DNA of 64,000 nucleotides from Spirulina sp. (GTDB lineage Bacteria; Cyanobacteriota; Cyanobacteriia; Phormidesmidales; Phormidesmidaceae): NCBI GenBank assembly GCA_044070495.1, contig JBIPSI010000008.1, positions 64,001 to 128,000 of the forward strand, read 5' to 3'. Shown piece by piece: positions 60,710 to 64,000 of this stretch (position 1 is its first letter; each line of letters starts with the position of its first letter). The notes under the pieces were generated by a model. It saw only the letters and a program-made list of their open reading frames with translations, ran no database searches and was not told where the DNA came from. The position numbers and the translations under genes were made by a program.

Positions 60710-62149
60710 ATGCCAGTTGTTCCTTACTGCTTGCCTAGCCGCCAGGATCTGCAATCTGTTCAGCCCTTTGTTAACGAATGTTTAGGTCGGGTGGGACAGG
60801 GGTATGGGCCACAGGTTGCCAGCCTCAGCTTTGCCATTCCGGCCATGGATCCCCTGCTGGCCTTGGCTCCCTTGGCCCACCGGCAGGGCTATCACCTCTA
60901 CTTAGAACAGGCTTCGGCTCAAGAGGCGGTGGTGGCCTTTGGGCAGGCGGTGGCCGGACAGTTTTTTGGTGAAGACCGCTTTGCGGCAACCCATCGTTTT
61001 ATCGAATCCTGGCAGCAAAACCTCCACAGCTACCAGGACGAAGACTTGGCGGGGGTACCCCTGGCCCCACGCTTCTTCTGTAGTTTTAGCTTTTTCTCCC
61101 AACCTTCCCAAGGCCAGATCGAGTTTCCGGCGGCGATGGTGGTGCTACCCCAGTGGCAGATTCTTCGGCGGGGCAGCCTCCATGTGCTGACAGTGAATTT
61201 GCTCCTCACCCCCGAAACCACCCTGGGTAGCGTGCTCAAAACCCTAGAGGATCGCCTTGCCACCGTCCAAGGGTTACCCCAAACCTATCCCAACCCCTAC
61301 GCACCGCCCCGTTCCCTGGCCCTCAGCGACGGCATGGCATGGCCCGACGCCTTGGCCAGTCATCACTTTCAGGACTCTGTGACCCAAGCCCTACGGCACC
61401 TTGACCACCACATCCAAAAAATTGTGCTGGCCCACGCCTTTGACATGGTGCGGGAGACACCCTTTCAGGTGTTGCCCTCTCTAGCCAAGCTGCGCCAGCG
61501 CTACCCCGATTGCTACGTGTTTGCGGTGGGCAATGGACGGGGGAGTACCTTTATGGGGGCCAGCCCAGAACGGCTGCTGAGCATCGCCCACCACCAGTTG
61601 ATGACCGATGCCCTAGCCGGATCGGCTCCCCGTGGTCGCAGCGCCCAGGAGGATCGCCAATTGGCCCTGCAATTGCTGCATAGCCCTAAGGAACAGGGAG
61701 AGCATCAACTGGTGGTCAAGTTTCTAAATCAGCGGCTGCGGGGGCTAGGGCTGCAACCCCAATACCCCACCCGCCCCACTCTGCTGCGACTGTCTAATAT
61801 TCAGCATCTGCATACCCCCATTCAGGCACGGGTGGCCAGCTACATCCACCCCCTGCATTTGGTGGAAGCCCTGCACCCGACCCCCGCCGTGGCTGGGGTG
61901 CCCACCGCCACCGCCTGCGAGCATATCCATCGCTACGAAGGGTTTGACCGGGGGCTGTATGCGGCCCCCCTGGGCTGGGTGGGCACGAACGGGGACAGTG
62001 AATTTATTGTGGGGATTCGCTCGGCCCTGATTAGCGGCAACTGGGCCAGATTGTACGCCGGGGCTGGTATTGTGGCAGGATCTGACCCGGCGCGGGAGTG
62101 GGCGGAAATTAACCTCAAATCCCGTGCCCTGGGCGAATCTCTGGTGTAG
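60710..62149 (+). CDS. menF: Isochorismate synthase
   Basis: KIVLA, FMGASPERL, ALAGS, KEQGEH, LHPTPAVAG, RGLYAAP, YAGAGIV. Confidence 0.93.
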   Translation: MPVVPYCLPSRQDLQSVQPFVNECLGRVGQGYGPQVASLSFAIPAMDPLLALAPLAHRQGYHLYLEQASAQEAVVAFGQAVAGQFFGEDRFAATHRFIESWQQNLHSYQDEDLAGVPLAPRFFCSFSFFSQPSQGQIEFPAAMVVLPQWQILRRGSLHVLTVNLLLTPETTLGSVLKTLEDRLATVQGLPQTYPNPYAPPRSLALSDGMAWPDALASHHFQDSVTQALRHLDHHIQKIVLAHAFDMVRETPFQVLPSLAKLRQRYPDCYVFAVGNGRGSTFMGASPERLLSIAHHQLMTDALAGSAPRGRSAQEDRQLALQLLHSPKEQGEHQLVVKFLNQRLRGLGLQPQYPTRPTLLRLSNIQHLHTPIQARVASYIHPLHLVEALHPTPAVAGVPTATACEHIHRYEGFDRGLYAAPLGWVGTNGDSEFIVGIRSALISGNWARLYAGAGIVAGSDPAREWAEINLKSRALGESLV

Positions 62150-62161
62150 TGCGCGGTTTCC

Positions 62162-64000
62162 ATGACCTTCGACTTTCGCAATAGGAATACCCTGTGGGCC
62201 TCGGTGCTGGTGGGCACCCTGGCCCGGTTGGGCCTCACCACAGCGGTGATCTCTCCCGGTTCTCGATCCACACCGCTGACCGTCGCCTTTGCCAACGATC
62301 CGAGCATTGAGGCCATTCCCGTTTTAGATGAACGTTCCGCCGCCTTCTTTGCCCTCGGCATCGCCAAACGAACGGGACTGCCGGTAGCCCTGGTCTGCAC
62401 CTCCGGCACCGCTGGGGCCAACTACTACCCAGCCATTATCGAAGCCAGGGAGAGCCAGGTGCCGCTGTTGGTGTTCACCGCCGACCGCCCCCCCGAACTG
62501 CGGGACTGCGCCTCTGGCCAAACCATCGATCAACAAAAGCTGTTTGGCGATTTTCCCCAGGGATACACCGAACTAGCCGTCCCAGCGGCGGATCTGGGCC
62601 TGCTGCGCTACCTACGACAAACCCTGGTGCAGGCGTGGCGACAGAGCCTCTATCCGGCCCCTGGCCCTGTCCACCTGAATTGCCCTTTTCGGGATCCTCT
62701 GGCTCCGATCAGCGATGGTTCTACCGAACACCTGCGGGAGGTTTTGAATCAGGACTTTTGGAGGGGGTTAGCGCCCCTTGGCCCGGACGGCCCTCACCCC
62801 GTGGGAGAGGGGCCGGGGGTGAGGGCGGCTCCCTCAGAAGAGAAGTCGGGGGTGAGGGCCAAACCTTGGTCGCCTATCGTTTCGATGACCGCCACTATCC
62901 ACGCCGATCTCCTATCAACTTGGCAAAGCAGTGATCGTGGCCTCATCATCGCTGGCCCCGCTCAACCTGTAGACGCTGAGGGTTACTGTCAATCCGTTGC
63001 GGCCCTAACCCAAAGCCTTCAGTGGCCGATTTTGGCAGATACCCTTTCTCCCCTGCGCCATGCCGCCAAGCTCAATCCTTACCTAGTCACCACCTACGAC
63101 GCCATTTTGCGCCAAGAGGCTTGGGCGACGGATTTGCAACCCAGCCAGGTGATTCAGCTTGGGCCGTTGCCCACCAGTAAGGTGCTGCGGCAGTGGTTAG
63201 AGCGTCATAACCATCGCCGTTGGGTGATTGACCCAGCCAGCCGCAACCTCGACCCCTTGCATGGCCTGACCACCCATCTGCCGCTGACCGTGACAGATTT
63301 GGCGGTCAATGTGGCGAATTTCATCGCTAGTTCCAGCCCCATCTCCCCGATCAACCTGGCCAATCGTAGGGGCGGGGTCTCCCCGTCCGAGCATCATCCA
63401 ACTGGAGATGACCTCATCTCCGACCAACGCACCAGCCCTGCTATCTATGGGAACCTGTGGCTGACCCTAGATCGCAAGGTGCGACAACACTTGGATCAGT
63501 CCCTAGCGGCGATGACGGACTTATTTGAGGGCAAAGTGCCTTGGCTGATGGGCCAGCACCTACCCCAGGGCACAGCGGTGGTGATCTCGAATAGTATGCC
63601 GATTCGCGATGCGGAGTGGTTTTGGCCGCCCAACCAGCACCACCTGCGAATTTTTGGCAACCGGGGAGCCAACGGCATTGATGGCACCCTTTCCACCGCC
63701 CTCGGCATTGCCCAGCGGGGGGCACCCACCGTTCTGTTAACGGGGGATTTGGCCCTGCTTCACGACACCAACGGCTGGCTGAATGTGCCTCGCCTGCAAG
63801 GGCATTTGACCGTGGTGTTGATCAACAACCAGGGCGGCGGCATTTTTGAAATGCTTCCCATCGCCCAGTTTGACCCTCCCTTTGAAGACTTCTTTGCCAC
63901 CCCCCAAACCGTAGACTGGAACCACCTCTGCGCCGCCTACGGGGTGAACTACGAGCGCATCAAAACCTGGAGCCAGTTGCAGTCCCGCCTAGGGTTTTTG
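62162..64000 (+). CDS. menD: SEPHCHC synthase MenD, 3'-truncated by the window edge and absent from the ORF track
   Basis: Hand translation is open to the window end: ISPGSRSTPL, DERSAAFFALG, CTSGTA, TADRPPEL, SNSMPIRD, NRGANGIDG, GDLALLHD...NNQGGGIF. Confidence 0.96.
   Translation, partial: MTFDFRNRNTLWASVLVGTLARLGLTTAVISPGSRSTPLTVAFANDPSIEAIPVLDERSAAFFALGIAKRTGLPVALVCTSGTAGANYYPAIIEARESQVPLLVFTADRPPELRDCASGQTIDQQKLFGDFPQGYTELAVPAADLGLLRYLRQTLVQAWRQSLYPAPGPVHLNCPFRDPLAPISDGSTEHLREVLNQDFWRGLAPLGPDGPHPVGEGPGVRAAPSEEKSGVRAKPWSPIVSMTATIHADLLSTWQSSDRGLIIAGPAQPVDAEGYCQSVAALTQSLQWPILADTLSPLRHAAKLNPYLVTTYDAILRQEAWATDLQPSQVIQLGPLPTSKVLRQWLERHNHRRWVIDPASRNLDPLHGLTTHLPLTVTDLAVNVANFIASSSPISPINLANRRGGVSPSEHHPTGDDLISDQRTSPAIYGNLWLTLDRKVRQHLDQSLAAMTDLFEGKVPWLMGQHLPQGTAVVISNSMPIRDAEWFWPPNQHHLRIFGNRGANGIDGTLSTALGIAQRGAPTVLLTGDLALLHDTNGWLNVPRLQGHLTVVLINNQGGGIFEMLPIAQFDPPFEDFFATPQTVDWNHLCAAYGVNYERIKTWSQLQSRLGFL

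Noticed and set aside
1..64000. tRNA, rRNA, riboswitch, transposase or integrase genes
   Set aside because: None recognised by eye. A tRNAscan/Rfam search would be needed to exclude small RNAs in the larger intergenic regions (18766-19520, 49230-49710, 60270-60700).

Overview
A 64-kb, GC-rich cyanobacterial chromosome segment. Evidence for the lineage: ndhP, the rimO-crhR pair, Uma2 genes, AAA-WD40 proteins and phylloquinone men genes. A filamentous Leptolyngbya/Nodosilinea-like host is my inference. Most of the window is housekeeping: gdhA, gcvT, glgP, an RlmL-like methyltransferase, infC (AUU start), folK, glmM, an IscS-like desulfurase, gatB, alkD, argB, aroK, ndhP, rimO, crhR, menF and a partial menD. 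It also carries a MacAB-like ABC exporter, a three-gene phosphorelay and an AraC/arylsulfatase pair. The first ~19 kb is accessory. It holds a multiply disabled Uma2 pseudogene with a TA-targeting miniature element, and an orphan DUF4157 (eCIS-associated) protein with an AT-richer, predicted membrane-inserting C-terminus followed by a YbjN/type III chaperone-like gene. It also holds PD-(D/E)XK nuclease-like genes, a solitary integron-type cassette with a well-formed attC site, and an operon of two AAA_35 ATPases plus a TamB/AsmA-like fusion with an unrecognised C-terminal domain. Several small palindromic repeat families are scattered through intergenic DNA and occur in frame inside menD. By eye I found no CGATCG (the HIP1 core), while CCTAGG is common, which is atypical for this kind of cyanobacterium. 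I saw no rRNA, tRNA, CRISPR array, transposase or integrase. All calls come from manual motif recognition, without database searches.
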